64,000 nt of DNA from Eledone cirrhosa (taxonomy: Eukaryota): the NCBI GenBank assembly GCA_964016885.1, contig OZ024746.1, positions 96,348,001 to 96,412,000 of the forward strand. The letters are read 5' to 3'. This document shows positions 41,649 to 55,852 of the stretch, one piece after another; the stretch's first letter is position 1; each line of letters starts with the position of its first letter. The notes beneath the pieces were generated by a model. That model was given only the letters and a program-made list of their open reading frames with translations. It had not been told where the DNA came from and searched no databases. The translations under genes were made by a program, and so were the position numbers.

Positions 41649-41890
41649 GTATATATATATATACGTATATATGTATGTGTATGTATGTTTATATGTGTGT
41701 GTATATATATATGTGTATATAGATATACATCTATACATATATATGTATATATATATATATATATACATATATATGTATATATATATGTGTATATATATGT
41801 ATGTGTAATGTGTATATATACATACATATACACACACACACACACATATATATATATTTCTTCTTAATAATCGTTTTTTCTCCCTGTTTT

Positions 41891-41986
<96 letters not shown>

Positions 41987-42815
41987 CAGAGAGAGGAATG
42001 AGATAGATATATTGTTAGATAATCTAGAATAGGCCTGGGGAAATATAGTTGAGATAGAATAGTAAAGAGTACTATGACAGCGGAGAGTCGTATATACAAT
42101 ACAGTCTGTGGCAAATACTTCTATCAACTGGAATCAACCCGGAGAGAAAAATTACGATTGGGATGTTTAAAGTCTTAAAAATAATAAATAAAAGAGATAA
42201 ATTAAATGGTATAAATTTCTGACCAATAAAGATAGTGCTGAGGCGGGTGGATATGGTGGATATTGTGGAATTAACAGACACGTTTCGGTCGGATTAAACC
42301 TTCACAGCGAAGTATATTCCATTTAGTTGGCAGGACTGAATGTGATCAAAACATACATACATATATACACATACATATACATATACATATATACATATAC
42401 ATACATACATATAGATATACATACACATACATATACATACATATATATATACATACATACACATATATACATACCTATACATACACATATATACATACTT
42501 ATACATACATATACATACATACATATACATACATATATATACATACATACACATATATACATACCTATACATATATACACATACATATATACATACATAC
42601 ACATATATACATGCCTACACATATATACATACATATACATACATATACATACATACACATACATACACACATACACATACATACACATATAAACATACAT
42701 ACACATATATACATACATACACATATATACATACATACCCATATATACATACACATATATATATATATACATATAAATTACACAATTATCAAAGTTATGT
42801 TCAAATCATTTCATT

Positions 42816-42860
42816 GCTGACAATCGTTTCTTCCAAACTTTCGTTTGGAATCATCAGAGC
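42816..42860 (-). ncRNA. Type I hammerhead ribozyme with perfect 8-bp stem II and GAAA tetraloop
   Basis: GCT-CTGATGA-TTCCAAAC-GAAA-GTTTGGAA-GAAA-CGATTG-TC-AGC. Confidence 0.88.
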
Positions 42861-42934
42861 TTTAGCAATTTTTGTACATATAATTAACCTCCTATTCAAT
42901 TGATCAATCATATAGATACATATATATTGGTGTT

Positions 42935-43665
42935 GTGAACAACAGTTTCAATCTAAACGTCTCTATCAACTTGCCTAAGGCTTTCTTCTCAATCCTAGAA
43001 AAAAATTTCCCAACCGGCCACAAATACCATAATCTTATCAATAAAAATACCATTAACATCTCTTACTCTACCACACCTAACATCGCATACCATATAGCTA
43101 GTAGTAATAAAAGGAAGATTAATAATTATTTCCAACTAATTAAAACACAACAGGGGGTAAACTTACAGAACAACATAGTACCTGTCAATCCTAGTAGCAA
43201 TAATAATAATGGTAATAGCACTAATGAAATCAATAACAATAGGAACGACAACCATCACTACCCTAATGCTATCCCTAGCAACCAGACTTCTACATACACG
43301 ACATAGTAACCGGCAAGCAAACAACCAGAATAACTGTAACTGTAGAACAAATAGAACTTACCCCTTAGGTAAAAATTGCTTAACCAAAGACATCATTTAC
43401 TTATGCACGGTCAACACAAACAACTCTTCTAAAACATATATTGGCTCAACTTCGAACTTTTCAAAACGAGATACAACTCGCACCTCCACTCTTTCAAAAA
43501 TCACAATCTAGCCAACTCCACTTCTTTATCTAGCTACATACACTCTCTGAAAACTAGGAATAGACCATATACATTTCAATGGGAAGTAGTAGGTAGGGCC
43601 GCATTGTATAAACCACCGAATAAATTGTGTAACCTCTGTTTTCTAGAGACCCGTACTATAATCTT
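42935..43665 (+). pseudogene. Naiad-like PLE linker and GIY-YIG fragment (frameshifted)
   Basis: KNFPTGHKYHNLINKNTINISYS..CNCRT..NCLTKDIIYLC..TYIGSTS..SLSSYIHSLK..CNLCFLE. Confidence 0.85.
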
Positions 43666-44880
43666 TGGTGTTTTCCTCATGCAGTTGTTTGGTGTTTTGC
43701 ATGCAGTTACCAGTTCGTCATTTTTGTTTAGGAGTTGGTCCTTCGTAAACAGCATTTGTAATGTTTCCTCCGAGCATAAGTTACACGGACGGCGTCCTCC
43801 CGTGTGGGAGTTAGCTCTGGACAGTAAACTCCAAGTAAGATTGTATGTTATGTCGGTGTTGGTAGAACCGGGTCTTAAAGTCACAAGCGGTTAACCCTAT
43901 ATAAGCTTTGTTGGAGGTGTCCGTCCTCACGTTGCACTGGTAGCTCACGTTACGTTCTCGGCATCTTTTGTTGAGGGGGCACGTAGATCTATCAGGGCAG
44001 TTACACCTCCTGGTCGGCTCTCCACTAATGTCTAGGTTGTTTCTTCCATAGGGGTTGAATTTTTTGTTGTTTGAGGAGACGATGTTTTGAGCAAAGCTGG
44101 GCGTGGTGCTGTAGGAGAATTAGATAGTGTTTTTGTTGATTATGTTGTGGTAGCGGTGTTGTCGTGGGAAGTGTTTTCGGGGAGCCTAAAGAAGATTTTC
44201 CCGATAGGTGTTGCCACCTCGGCATTGTGGGGAGGGTTGAAGCACGTTACGTGGCGTGAGCGGCGGCGTCGCCTGCTGGTTCCGCTAAGGGAAGCTGGGT
44301 AAAAGGCTATTTCCTCCCGGAAGCCGCTTCGCTTGAGGGCCTGGTTCGTCGAATATCTGCTCATTAGCGGACAAACGAGATATGCGGAGGGAGATGTTTT
44401 TAACCAGGTTATTGGTGATGTTTCTAAGATGGTTAGAGCGGCGGTGGATGTAGTGCAGGTTGTTGTTTGGTTTCCTGTATGGGTAGTACAGATTATTTTC
44501 GAGGTTAAGGGTAACGTCCAGGAAATTGACTCGGGTTAGGGACGTTAGTAGGGTGATTTTAAATGCCCAGTCCCGGAAGAAGTTGATTAGTTCTTACGGA
44601 CCCGGTCTGTACTACTGGGGTCGTACCCTTTGAGGGTATGGAGCCCATCGTCTCGGTACAATCCACCGCCGAATGCAGGAAACATTTCGGTGAATTTAAA
44701 TAGTAGGAATAATCCTATAAGATCGGTGACCTCGACCGAATGGGAGAAAACATTACAAATGGTGTTTACGAAGGACCAACTCCTAAACAAAAAAGACGAA
44801 CTGGTAACTGCATGCAAACACCGATTGCGCAGTACTTACTTCGCCCTCGAACCCCCTAACGACTCGGGTGGGTAGACAAT
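43666..44880 (-). pseudogene. Second Naiad-like PLE (RT C-half and GIY-YIG) with inverted 3' fragment at 44742-44880
   Basis: GGGLYRDDGL, VNFLDVTLNL, CFNPPH, CNCPD..CPLNKRC, CNLCSEE..LLNKNDELVTAC. 44742-44820 is the reverse complement of 43690-43770. Confidence 0.88.
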
Positions 44881-44976
44881 CAATTGGTGAACATACAACG
44901 AAACTGTTTCAGAAAGGTGAGATTAACATGCCAATCTATATTTAGAATCCCGAGCAACGCCGAGCCATTCTGCTAG

Positions 44977-45029
<53 letters not shown>

Positions 45030-45369
45030 ATATTGTACATCTATTCTCTATTACAACAGTGACATAAACAGGTACTCAAGTACTATTTGTCATCTTTAAA
45101 AAAAAATAATAAAATTCTAACCATCCTAAAAATAAGAAATCCAGCTGAGGACACAAATAAATTGCTACGGCCGTCGCTAGTGGGGCCCTCAGGGCAGGGG
45201 GCTCGGGACAATTGCCCTCTTTGAACCCCCCTCCCCTCTCACACACACATCCATTAAATCCGTACCCTAGTAGGAAGATTTAAAATCCACGTCAAAGACA
45301 AGTTAGTTACTACATACACATGTAGGTAAATATTGCGGATATGGGTGAAACCGTTTGCTGCTGTTTATC

Positions 45370-45372
45370 TGT

Positions 45373-45403
<31 letters not shown>

Positions 45404-47860
45404 GGTGTGTGTGTATGTGTGTATATATGTCTGTGTGCGAGTGTGTGTGTGAGTGTGTGTATGTGAGTGTGTATATATGTCTCTGTGTGCGTGTGTGAGT
45501 GTGTATATGTGTGTGTGTGTGTGTCTGCGAGGCAGTGAGTGTGGGTTTCTCTGTGTAAATCTGTGTATGTAACTGTGTATATATATATATATATATGTAC
45601 GCGTGTGTATATATATATGTCTGCAAGGCTGTGTGCGTGTGTGCGATTGTGTGTTTGTATATATGTGTGAGTGCTTCTGTGAAATGTATGTGTAAATCTG
45701 TGTACGCGCTGTAGATGTGTGTATATATGTCTGCGACGTTGTGTATATGTATGCGAGGCAGTGTGTGTGTGTATGTCTAGTGTGAGTGTGTGTGTGTATA
45801 TATGCGAGGCTGTGTGTATGTATGCGAGGCTGTGTGTGTGTGTATGTATGTCTGCGAGGCTGTGTGTGTGTGTGTATGTCTCCGAGGCTGTGTGTGTGTG
45901 TGTATGTCTCCGAGGCTGTGAGTGTGTATATGTCTGCAAGGCAGTGTGAGTGTGTATGTCTGCGATGCAGTGTGAGTGTGTGTGTATGCGAGGCTGTGTG
46001 TGTGTGTATGTATGTCTGCGAGGCTGTGTGTGTGTGTGTATGTCTCCGAGGCTGTGTGTGTGTGTATGTCTCCGAGGCTGTGAGTGTGTATATGTCTGCA
46101 AGGCAGTGTGAGTGTGTATGTCTGCGATGCAGTGTGAGTGTGTGTGTATGCGAGGCTGTATGTGTGTGTATGTCTACGAGGCTGTGTGTATATATGTCTA
46201 CGAGGCTGTGAGTGTATGTATGTCTACGAGGTTGTGTAAGTGTGTGTGTCTACGAGGCTGTGTAAGTGTGTATGTCTACGAGGCTGTGAGTGTATGTATG
46301 TCTACGAGGCTGTATGTGTGTGTATGTCTCCGAGGCTGTGAGTGTGCGTGTGTATGTCTACGAGGCTGTGTGTATATATATGTCTACGAGGCTGTGAGTG
46401 TATGTATGTCTACGAGGCTGTGTAAGTGTGTATGTCTACGAGGCTGTGTAAGTGTGTATGTCTACGAGGCTGTGAGTGTATGTATGTCTACGAGGCTGTG
46501 TGAGTGTGTATGTATGCGAGGCTGTGTGTTTGTGTATGTCTAAGAGGCTGTGTGTGTGTGTATGTCTGCGAGGCAGTGTGAATGCGTGTATGTATGTCTG
46601 CGAGGCTGTGTGAATGTGTGTATGTGTGGCTGTATGTATGTGTGCGAGGCAGTGTGAATGTGTGTATATGTCTACGAGGCTGTGAGTGTGTGTCTGCGAG
46701 GCTGAGTGTGTGTATGTCTGCGATGCAGTGTGAGAGTGTGTGTGTGTATGTCTACGAGGCTGTGTGAGTGTGTGTGTGTGTATGCGAGGCTATATGTGTG
46801 TGTATGTCTCCGAGGCTGTGAGTGTGTGTGTATGTCTACGAGGCTGTGTGTGTATATATGTCTGTGAGGCTGTGAGTGTGTGTATGTATGTCTGCGAGGG
46901 TGTGAGTGTGTGTATGTATGTGTGGGAGTGTGTAAGTATGTGTCAATCTGAGTACATGTGTGTGTAAGTATGTGTACGCATATGTGTGTGTGTGAATATG
47001 ACTGCGAGGCTGTGAGTGTGTGTTCGTCTGTGAAATGTATGTGTGTGTGTAAGTATGTGTAAATCTGTGTGTGTGTGTGTATATATGTCTGTAAGGCTGT
47101 AAATGTGTGTATGTGTGTCTACGAAGCAGTGTGAGTGTGTGTATCTGTAAAATCTATGTGTGGCAGTGTGTGTAAGTATGTGTAAATCTGTGTGTGTGTG
47201 TATGTGTACGCATATGTGTGTGTGTATATGTCTGCGAGGCTGTGAGTGTGTGTTCGTCTGTGAAATTTATGTGTAAATCTGTGTGTGTGTGTATATGTCT
47301 GCAAGGCTGTGAGTGTGTGAATGTGTGTCTACAAAGCAGTGTGAGTGTGTGCATCTGTAAAATTTATGTGTGGCAGTGTGTGTAAGTATGCGTAAATCTG
47401 TGTGCGCGTGTGTGTGTGTGTGTGACCGTGCGAGTGTATATATATGCGTGTGTGGGTGTATATACATGTCTGCGAGACAGTGGGGGGGGGGGGGTACGCA
47501 GGCAGTGTGTAAGTATGTGTGTGTGTATGTGTGTGTAAGTATGTATGTGTGTGTGTGTAAGTAAGTATGTGTGTGTATGTATGTATGTGTGTGTAAGTCT
47601 GTGTGTGTGTGTAAGTATGTATGTATGTGTAAGTATGTGTGTGTGTGTGTAAGTATGTATGTATGTGTAAGTATGTGTGTGTGTGTGTAAGTATGTATGT
47701 GTGTAAGTATATATGTATGTGTGTAAGTATGTACGTGTGTATGTATGTGGGTATTATGTGTATGTGTGTGTAAGTATGTATGTATGTGTATGTGTGTGTG
47801 TAAGTATGTATGTAAATATGTATGTGTGTAAGTATGTATGTGTATGTGTATGTAAGTATG
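45370..47860. repeat. (TG)n-derived cryptic minisatellite with recurring TCT(A/G/C)CGAGGC motif
   Basis: Seen directly. Confidence 0.93.
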
Positions 47861-48147
47861 CTCCACTTTTCACCGACTGTTGGCGTTCTTTTTAAAATTT
47901 CGGCGGTCTTTTCAAATTCTTTTCTCGGCGCCTTTCACCATCTTGTCGTTGTATTATATACAACACTTCCTTATATCGCATTTCCTGTCTAATTTAATCT
48001 AAAATAACGTTTTTTTTTACACCTTACGTCACTGATAGGCGCTGGATTAATAGCGATTACGTAATATATTATTTTATTGTTTTTCAAGCCTTCTAAATTC
48101 ATAATTATATATTCATTAATTGATATTTTAAGAAATTCATTTTATTT

Positions 48148-48485
48148 AGCAGCTCCGATACTATGGACATGTGGTTAGAATATCTCAGGAAAGAATCACC
48201 GGAGAGTCACTCCAAGTAGAGCCGTTACTTCTCCGTATTGAGAGATCACAGCTCCGATACTACAAACATGTGGTTAGAATATCTCAGGAAAGAATCGCTG
48301 GACATATTTTACAAGCAAAATTAACCGGCAGGAGACCCAAGGGTAGACCCCGAGCAAAATTGTTGGATAACACCCATGAGCTTGGCTGGTCTCGCTTGGG
48401 GATCCAGCTGGAGACGGTTGCTTCTGACAGGACCCGCTGGAAGGAGCGTTTGAGGACTCTTCCCCTGCGTCCCTCTCAGGAATAA
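48148..48485 (+). mobile_element. RTE LINE 3' end including the duplicated 99-bp unit
   Basis: VRISQERITGESLQVEPLLLRIERSQLRYYKHVVRISQERI..GRRPKGRPR..RWKE. Confidence 0.85.
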
Positions 48486-49514
48486 GTGGGCAAAAATGAA
48501 AGAGAAAAAAAGAACACTATTTTTTCTGTGTGAATAGTAGTTAGGGTGTTAGATAATACAGTCGTGGGTTTGTTACTTGGACATGGCCCATGTTGTGATC
48601 TTAAAGTACATAGTTTCGTGTTGCTCCTTCCGCCAGAGGTTGCGAACGACATATAGTAGCAGTAATGGAAAGAGGCGGCATTTGAACTCATTGTGGGGCG
48701 GGATGGTGTGTGTAAGGTGTATATGGCAATGTGGGTGTGTGTGTGAAGGGAGTGTGGAGGAGGAGTGTGTGTATGTGTGTGAAGGGACTGTGTCAGTGGA
48801 GTGTGTGTGTGAAGGAAACGGAGTGTGTGTGTGTGAAGGAGACGGAGTGTGTCGGTGGAGCAGGTGTGTGTGAGGGGAATATATGTGATTGTGTATGTTG
48901 AGGGAGTGTGGGAGGAATATGTGTCTATGAGGAGGAGTGTATATGTGATTGTGTATGTGGAGGGAGTGTGTGGAAAATGTGTGTGGAGTGCGTGAAGAAG
49001 GGGTGTGTAGGTGTGTGAAGAAGGCGGTGTGGGATGCGTGAAGAAGGAGTGTATGAGTAGATGTATAATTCTGTGTTACGCAGAATGGAGGTGGAAACAG
49101 ATCGTTTCTGCGTGACTCGTGTGAACAAGTCATAAAACTGTGCGTGTGTGTAGCAGATGTGTGTGTGTGTTTGTAAATGTGTGTATGTGTTTGCAAATGT
49201 GTGTGTGTGTTTGTAAATGTGTGTGTGTGTTTGTAAATGTGTGTGTGTGTTTGTAAATGTGTGTATGTGTTTGCAAATGTGTGTGTGTTTGTAAATGTGT
49301 GTATGTGTTTGCAAATGTGTGTGTGTTTGTAAATGTGTGTGTGTGTTTGTAAATGTATGTGTGTTTGTAAATGTGTGTGTGTGTGTGTGTTTGTAAATGT
49401 GTGTGTGTGTGTGTGTATGACAGTTGTTTAAAGTACACGTGACAATCTTTATCTGTGTGTGACGGAGGAGGGGGGGGGTATTAAGGACGACGTTTTTCAC
49501 AGATCCCCGTAGAA

Positions 49515-50071
<557 letters not shown>

Positions 50072-50318
50072 TCAGAGGGAACACATACATATTTATACAT
50101 AAGCAGAGATACATATATATGAGTGTAGTGTCCACCTTCAACTGATTGTGAATCGATGAATGAATTAAATAAATAATCAATTAATCAGGGCTATACAGAA
50201 TTATAAAGTTTGAAGAAAAAATAGACAAATGTATACCTAATAACTCTTCCAGTCCCTTATTCGGTGTACAGTTGTCTATTTTTTGTCTGTCTGTTCTTCA
50301 AACTTATATATATATATA

Positions 50319-50360
<42 letters not shown>

Positions 50361-51004
50361 AGTTGAGAGAACCAGTATGGGTTTCACTGCCAGTACCGGT
50401 CGCATCTCAGCGTACTCAATAGGTATGTTAAGTAAACTCCCAGAGTAGACACATAGTTATTCGCTTCAATACAACACACGTAAATGGATACCTTCAATCT
50501 ATACCCGTATTCAATTTTCGGCTACACTTAATGCAGCAATAGAGTGCACAGCATCCACTGCCTGCATTTATTATGCAACAATGCACAATCGGTGCATGTA
50601 GCTTCATCAGCAGGTTTCGCCTAATCAATAACCAATCGATCGACTGCATTCGATTCCAGTCCATGTCGGCTATGATTGAATGTGACGGCCAGCGCAGTAA
50701 AACATTAGCAACTGTAATCCCTACGCGTAATGCCGTCAACCGATTGGCTACTGGCTCAGAAATGTAAATGACGGTAGGAGACGAAATTCAAATGGTTCCG
50801 CTCCCGCCATAAGCACTCAGCCAACATGTCTCAAACGCAAATTAACAAACAAGTGAAAAATCGGTTATTAGAAAAATTTAGTCTCCAATCGCTGTACAAT
50901 AGAATGGTGGCATTCGGCTCTCGTCTCCAAGTTCTTTGGCGAGAAATAGTGAGACAGTAACAATGGTAGTGCCTAAAACCTTTCCGGGCATCAAATGCCA
51001 ACAG

Positions 51005-51061
<57 letters not shown>

Positions 51062-51280
51062 GAAAGATTTGAATGGATACAGTTTAGTTGAAAAGAATTT
51101 ATTGACACGTGTTTCTATAACAGTTACATAACCTGAAAACAGCTGCTATCTACAAAGTATTAGTTATGTAGACATTCAATATTTCAATGTTATTATTTAC
51201 TGTCATTTCATCAGAATAATATTACTGAAGTACTGGATTATACCAACACTTTTTTGCTTACTATATATATATATATATAT

Positions 51281-52105
51281 GGAAAAAATGAAACGAAATT
51301 TCATTTCTCACTCTTAGTACGGCTGTTACTTAAATATAAGTATGTATACGTACATACATATATATATACAGACGTACAGTAGTATGTATATATATATACA
51401 TACATGCACACATATATATATGTACGTATGGATTTACGGAACGATGTACTAGTTTCAAGCTTGAAACTAGTACATCGTTCCTTTGTCAGTGTTGAACAAA
51501 AGGGCAACGATGGTTGCTAAACACTGTACGGCTTAATTCGGGATGTTTGTTTACAAACAAACCGAGCATTATAATACATGTTCGGTAAATCCATACGTAC
51601 ATATATATATATATGTGTGCATGTATGTATATATATACATACTACTGTACGTCTGTATACATATATGTATGTACGTATACATACTTATATTTAAGTAACA
51701 GCCGTACTAAGAGTGAGAAATGAAATTTCGTTTCATTTTTTCCATTTATCGTTTTCGGTGCGCTCGGCCGATTAACTCACTCGATATGCAAATTAGGCTG
51801 CTCATCCGTTAATATGCATAAGGAAAGTATATACTTTCAGACGTTCAACCATCTGGCAGGAAGGTATACGTTTCTGACGATAGATAATAAGCTTGAAACT
51901 AGTACATCGTTCCTTTGTCAGTGTTGAACAAAAGAGAAACGATGGTTGCTAAACACTGTACGGCTTAATTCGGGATGTTTGTTTACAAACAAACCGAGCA
52001 TTATAATAAATGTTCGGTAAATCCATACGTACATATATATATGTGTGCATGTATGTATATATATATATACATACTACTGCACGTCTGTATACATATATGT
52101 ATATA
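51281..52105. mobile_element. Family C inverted plus tandem terminal-repeat array; hammerhead at 51869-51909
   Basis: 51281-51440 is inverted against 51580-51745. Central palindrome GGAACGATGTACTAGTTTCAAGCTTGAAACTAGTACATCGTTCC. Direct repeat at 51890-52100. Confidence 0.8.
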
Positions 52106-52211
<106 letters not shown>

Positions 52212-52276
52212 AAAATAGTCAGGATCCCGACGGCTGAGCTCCTGCCGATTCGACAGCTATATATATATATATTTTT

Positions 52277-52396
52277 ATTAAAATAATAGATTAAAGTTTA
52301 GGCAAAGAATCGCTGCTTTCACCCTTAACTCAGAAGATCCCGTTAAGGGTGAAAGCAGCGATTCTTTGCTTAAATTTTAATCTGTTATTTTAATAA
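52277..52396. mobile_element. Fold-back with degenerate hammerhead (family F; also at 41490-41540)
   Basis: Mirror arms around CAGAAGA-TCCCGTTAAGGGT-GAAA-GCAGCG. Confidence 0.65.
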
Positions 52397-52494
52397 ATAT
52401 TTGATCTAGGGTTCTTATATATTTGATATATATATTTATCCTTATCGAGACCTCTTTGGATTTTAGTCTTCAAATTTATTATTATTACTATATA

Positions 52495-55265
52495 ATAGTA
52501 ATATAGATAAGATTAGTAAAGTAATCCTCGATAGAGTACTACTGGAGCTTAATAGAAAGGCTAAGGTCTGCCTCTGGGGCAACACCGACCAGGTCATAAA
52601 CTGGTTCACCAAGTTGCCTGATAAAGCGACCCTGAAGTTCATCCAGTTTGACATAGATAGTTACTACGCCTCTATCTCCCCCATACTCTTAAATAAGGCA
52701 CTCATATTAGCTAAATCTAACACTAGCCTCACTAAAAAAGAAATAGACATAGTTCTAGCGGGGCGAGGAACCATTATCCAGTTCGAAGGCTCCCACTGGA
52801 CCATAACCAACCGTCCTGATAACTTCGATATCACGATGGGGTCCAGCGACTCAGCGCAAGCAACTGACCTGGTCGGAATATACCTCCTCCATAAGCTTAG
52901 GGACAAGATACCGGCCCTGCAAGGAGGTGTATATAGGGACAACGCCCTGTTTACCGTTAGGAACCATAGCCCTCGTAGGATAGAGAACCTTAACAAGCAT
53001 ATACACAGGTTCTTCAAGTCATAGAGCCTATCCGTAACTATAGACCTCAACCACAAGGTTGTCAACTTCCTGGTCGTGACCCTGGAGTTGAGTACGGGCC
53101 TATACAAGCCATACCATAAGCCTGGAGAGAGCCTTTCTTATATTAATTATGCCTGAAACCACCCTAAGCAGACTCTCAACTCCATAGTCTATAGCATCTC
53201 ACATAGAATCTCGAGGATCTCCGCCAATGAGGATATCTTCAACCAAGCGGCAGATTACTACAATAGGGCCTTGATAAGCGCTGGCTTTAACCGAGGAATT
53301 TCCTACATCCCTAACGCTAACTCCAGAAACCACCCTCCGCATAAGACGAACGTTATAGTAAGCCATACCTATAACCGATCACGGGGCGACTTTGTAGGAG
53401 TCGGATATAATAGTATAGATAATCGCACTAGGGAACACGGCCGCAACGTTAATTACACTGGCGATAGTATAGGTAACTTACCACACAATAAAAATCACGA
53501 CCCCGGCGACAGTGACCACTGTAGCCTACTCAAATTATTCCCCTACTATAAAATCAACAAAGGCGACGGCCTACTACCAACGCCTTCCAACCAACATCTT
53601 CCTGTACATAAACATGGAAGAAGGAAGAACAGTACACCCGAGCATAAAGTGAAAGGGGCACGTACCGGGCTACAGCGCAATAACATGCATAAGAACGGTC
53701 ACCTTGATGGAACCACCCGTAGCAAACGTACAAGGACACGTAATCACCACCGTAATGTCCTATGGTCCCCCCCCCACACTCTCGGAGTGTGACCTCTAAC
53801 ATACCCCGGATATTCTTCGAAGCCTTAGAGAAGAACTTCCCGCCCAACCATAGGTATAGATAAATCCTTAATAGGAACAATATAAAAATATCCTTCTCTA
53901 CTATTCCTAACCTAGCAGACATCATAGCAACAACTAATCACAGTAAGATCACCAAGACACAGCACCTTAGCACAGACGGACCTACACCTGACAATAACTA
54001 TATCGGCCTTAACGACTCCCTAGCAGCATCCAATAGTGCTGGCAACAGCCTCTACAGATGCAACCAGCATAACCGCGACATGACTGGGGAACATGCAGGA
54101 CATGACGTGCGGAATAATAATCGTACCCCCCCCCCCCCCCGCGCACAGTGGGTTTAATGCTAACGACAGGTGCGGGAGCGTAGATAACAACGTAGATAGC
54201 AATAATTGTTTCTGCTTTAGGCACAAGGCCAGCAATTACCCAGTGCATTACTGGTACTTTATTTTATCGACCCCGTAAGGATGAAAGGCAAAGTCAACCT
54301 CGACGGGATTTAGCAATAATGATAGCCTTACCGTGGGAATTAGAAGGAACCGCGACAGAAATTGCAACTGCCGCGACAGGGGACGCTTCCCCCTTAGAGG
54401 ATACTGTTTGACTGATAGGGTTATATATAGGTGCACTGTAACTAGCTACAATAGCGTTAAACATTATATAGGGGCTAACTCTGGCCCGTTCAAAATTAGA
54501 TTTCGAACACATCTCCACTCTTTCACAAAGAAATTAAGACACTCCACTTCGCTCGCGGACTACATCACATTATTAAAAGACTTAAACATCAGCTTCTCCA
54601 CGCACTGGGATATTGTCGGCAGGGCTGCACCGTACAACTTCAAGAGGAAGTGCGATCTTTGCTTCATCGAGCTCTACCACATCATAACTGCACCCCACGA
54701 GCTCATCAACAGCAGAGCTGAAACGACGATAAGATGTACACATCGCTTAAAAATATCCTTCTTCAGATGGGATAAGGATGAGGAGTAAAACCGTGTACCG
54801 GGTCTCCCTGCAACAAGCTTTAACACCCCGGCGGGCAGGTGCTTCAAAAAGCATCCAGGAAACTAACCATGCATCCCAGACCCAGCTTCAAATGACCCAG
54901 GCGGGCAGGTGCAGCAAAAAAACGTCTCAAAATAAGCGTTGATTACCTGACCCTGTGCGTATCGACAATGGTAAGGTTGTAACCACATCTTGTAACGGAT
55001 AAAAAATTTGTCCGGGAAAGACTGCCCTAACATCGGCGAGAGTTACCTCCCTTGACCTACTGCAAAATCAAAACACGCTTTTTTGCGAAGAATGAACTAT
55101 GACGTGAACTTACCCCCAAAAACACTTTCTAGGCCATGTAAGGAACACTTTTGGTTATTTATGCCCTTGAGAAGCCCAACCGGGAGAAACGTACGTAGGT
55201 GCTGTTTTAAATAAACATGTATTAACGGTCTGTTCTCCGACTTCTTGCTTTTCCACATATATATC
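52495..55265 (+). pseudogene. Long Naiad-like PLE: RT (52500-53300), expanded linkers, GIY-YIG (54350-54788) and 3' UTR; stops, frameshifts and a SINE insertion
   Basis: FIQFDIDSYYASI..FDITMGSSDSA..DLVGIYLL..GVYRDNAL..VNFL..NHP; LWSPP; KNFPPNH; CNCRD..PLRGYCL..VIYRC..HYIG..FKIRF..CDLCFIE..IRCTH. Confidence 0.92.
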
Positions 55266-55348
55266 CATTATAACCGGACTGCTAACATCGTGTTCCATAA
55301 TATGTCGTGCATATCAAAACAACAACATCACAATATTGCACCTTAATA

Positions 55349-55419
55349 CCTGTCTGATGACAACACATCAAATGATTATTACGCAACCACTTTGATGTCT
55401 TCGAAATGGGCATAACAGG
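55349..55419 (+). ncRNA. Type I hammerhead ribozyme with long stem II
   Basis: CCTGT-CTGATGA-CAACACATCAAA..TTTGATGTCTTC-GAAA-TGGGCA-TA-ACAGG. Confidence 0.75.
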
Positions 55420-55463
55420 ATGATGTAAAAAACAGAGGATGTAATACCGTGTCTCTTCTTTTT

Positions 55464-55524
<61 letters not shown>

Positions 55525-55529
55525 TTTAT

Positions 55530-55698
55530 CCCGGGTTCAATCGGGGGTAACCACAGTAAGACACTCAATACAAAGCAGAGTATAAATATTTAATATAGAA
55601 AATATTCTACAGGACTAGAACTGTTTCATTCGGGAGAAATCATCAGGGCTTCCTGATGATTTCTCCCGAATGAAACAGTTCTAGTCCTGTAGAAGCCT

Positions 55699-55705
<7 letters not shown>
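55530..55705. mobile_element. Family E fold-back (55604-55694) with paired hammerhead cores
   Basis: ...AAATCATCAGG-GCTT-CCTGATGA-TTTCTCCCGAAT-GAAA-CAGTTC-TA. Related copies at 41220-41360 and 19835-19960. Confidence 0.75.
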
Positions 55706-55757
<52 letters not shown>

Positions 55758-55852
55758 TAAAACTATATATACAATGATAAAACTATATATACAATGCAGA
55801 GAATTATATATGATAGTATATAATTGCCACGTCTTTTCAGTATTAGCTGGAT

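Noticed and set aside
50557-50613. Possible hammerhead on the - strand (CCTG-CTGATGA...CAGG)
   Set aside because: The GAAA half of the core is missing. At best a dead relic.
53153-53156. In-frame TGA in Naiad-like elements (also near 8325) as possible selenocysteine, known from some Naiads
   Set aside because: The TGAs are not at conserved Cys positions (SNHP-type motif; a variable site). Conserved Cys codons are TGT/TGC, other stops and frameshifts are present, and I saw no convincing SECIS.
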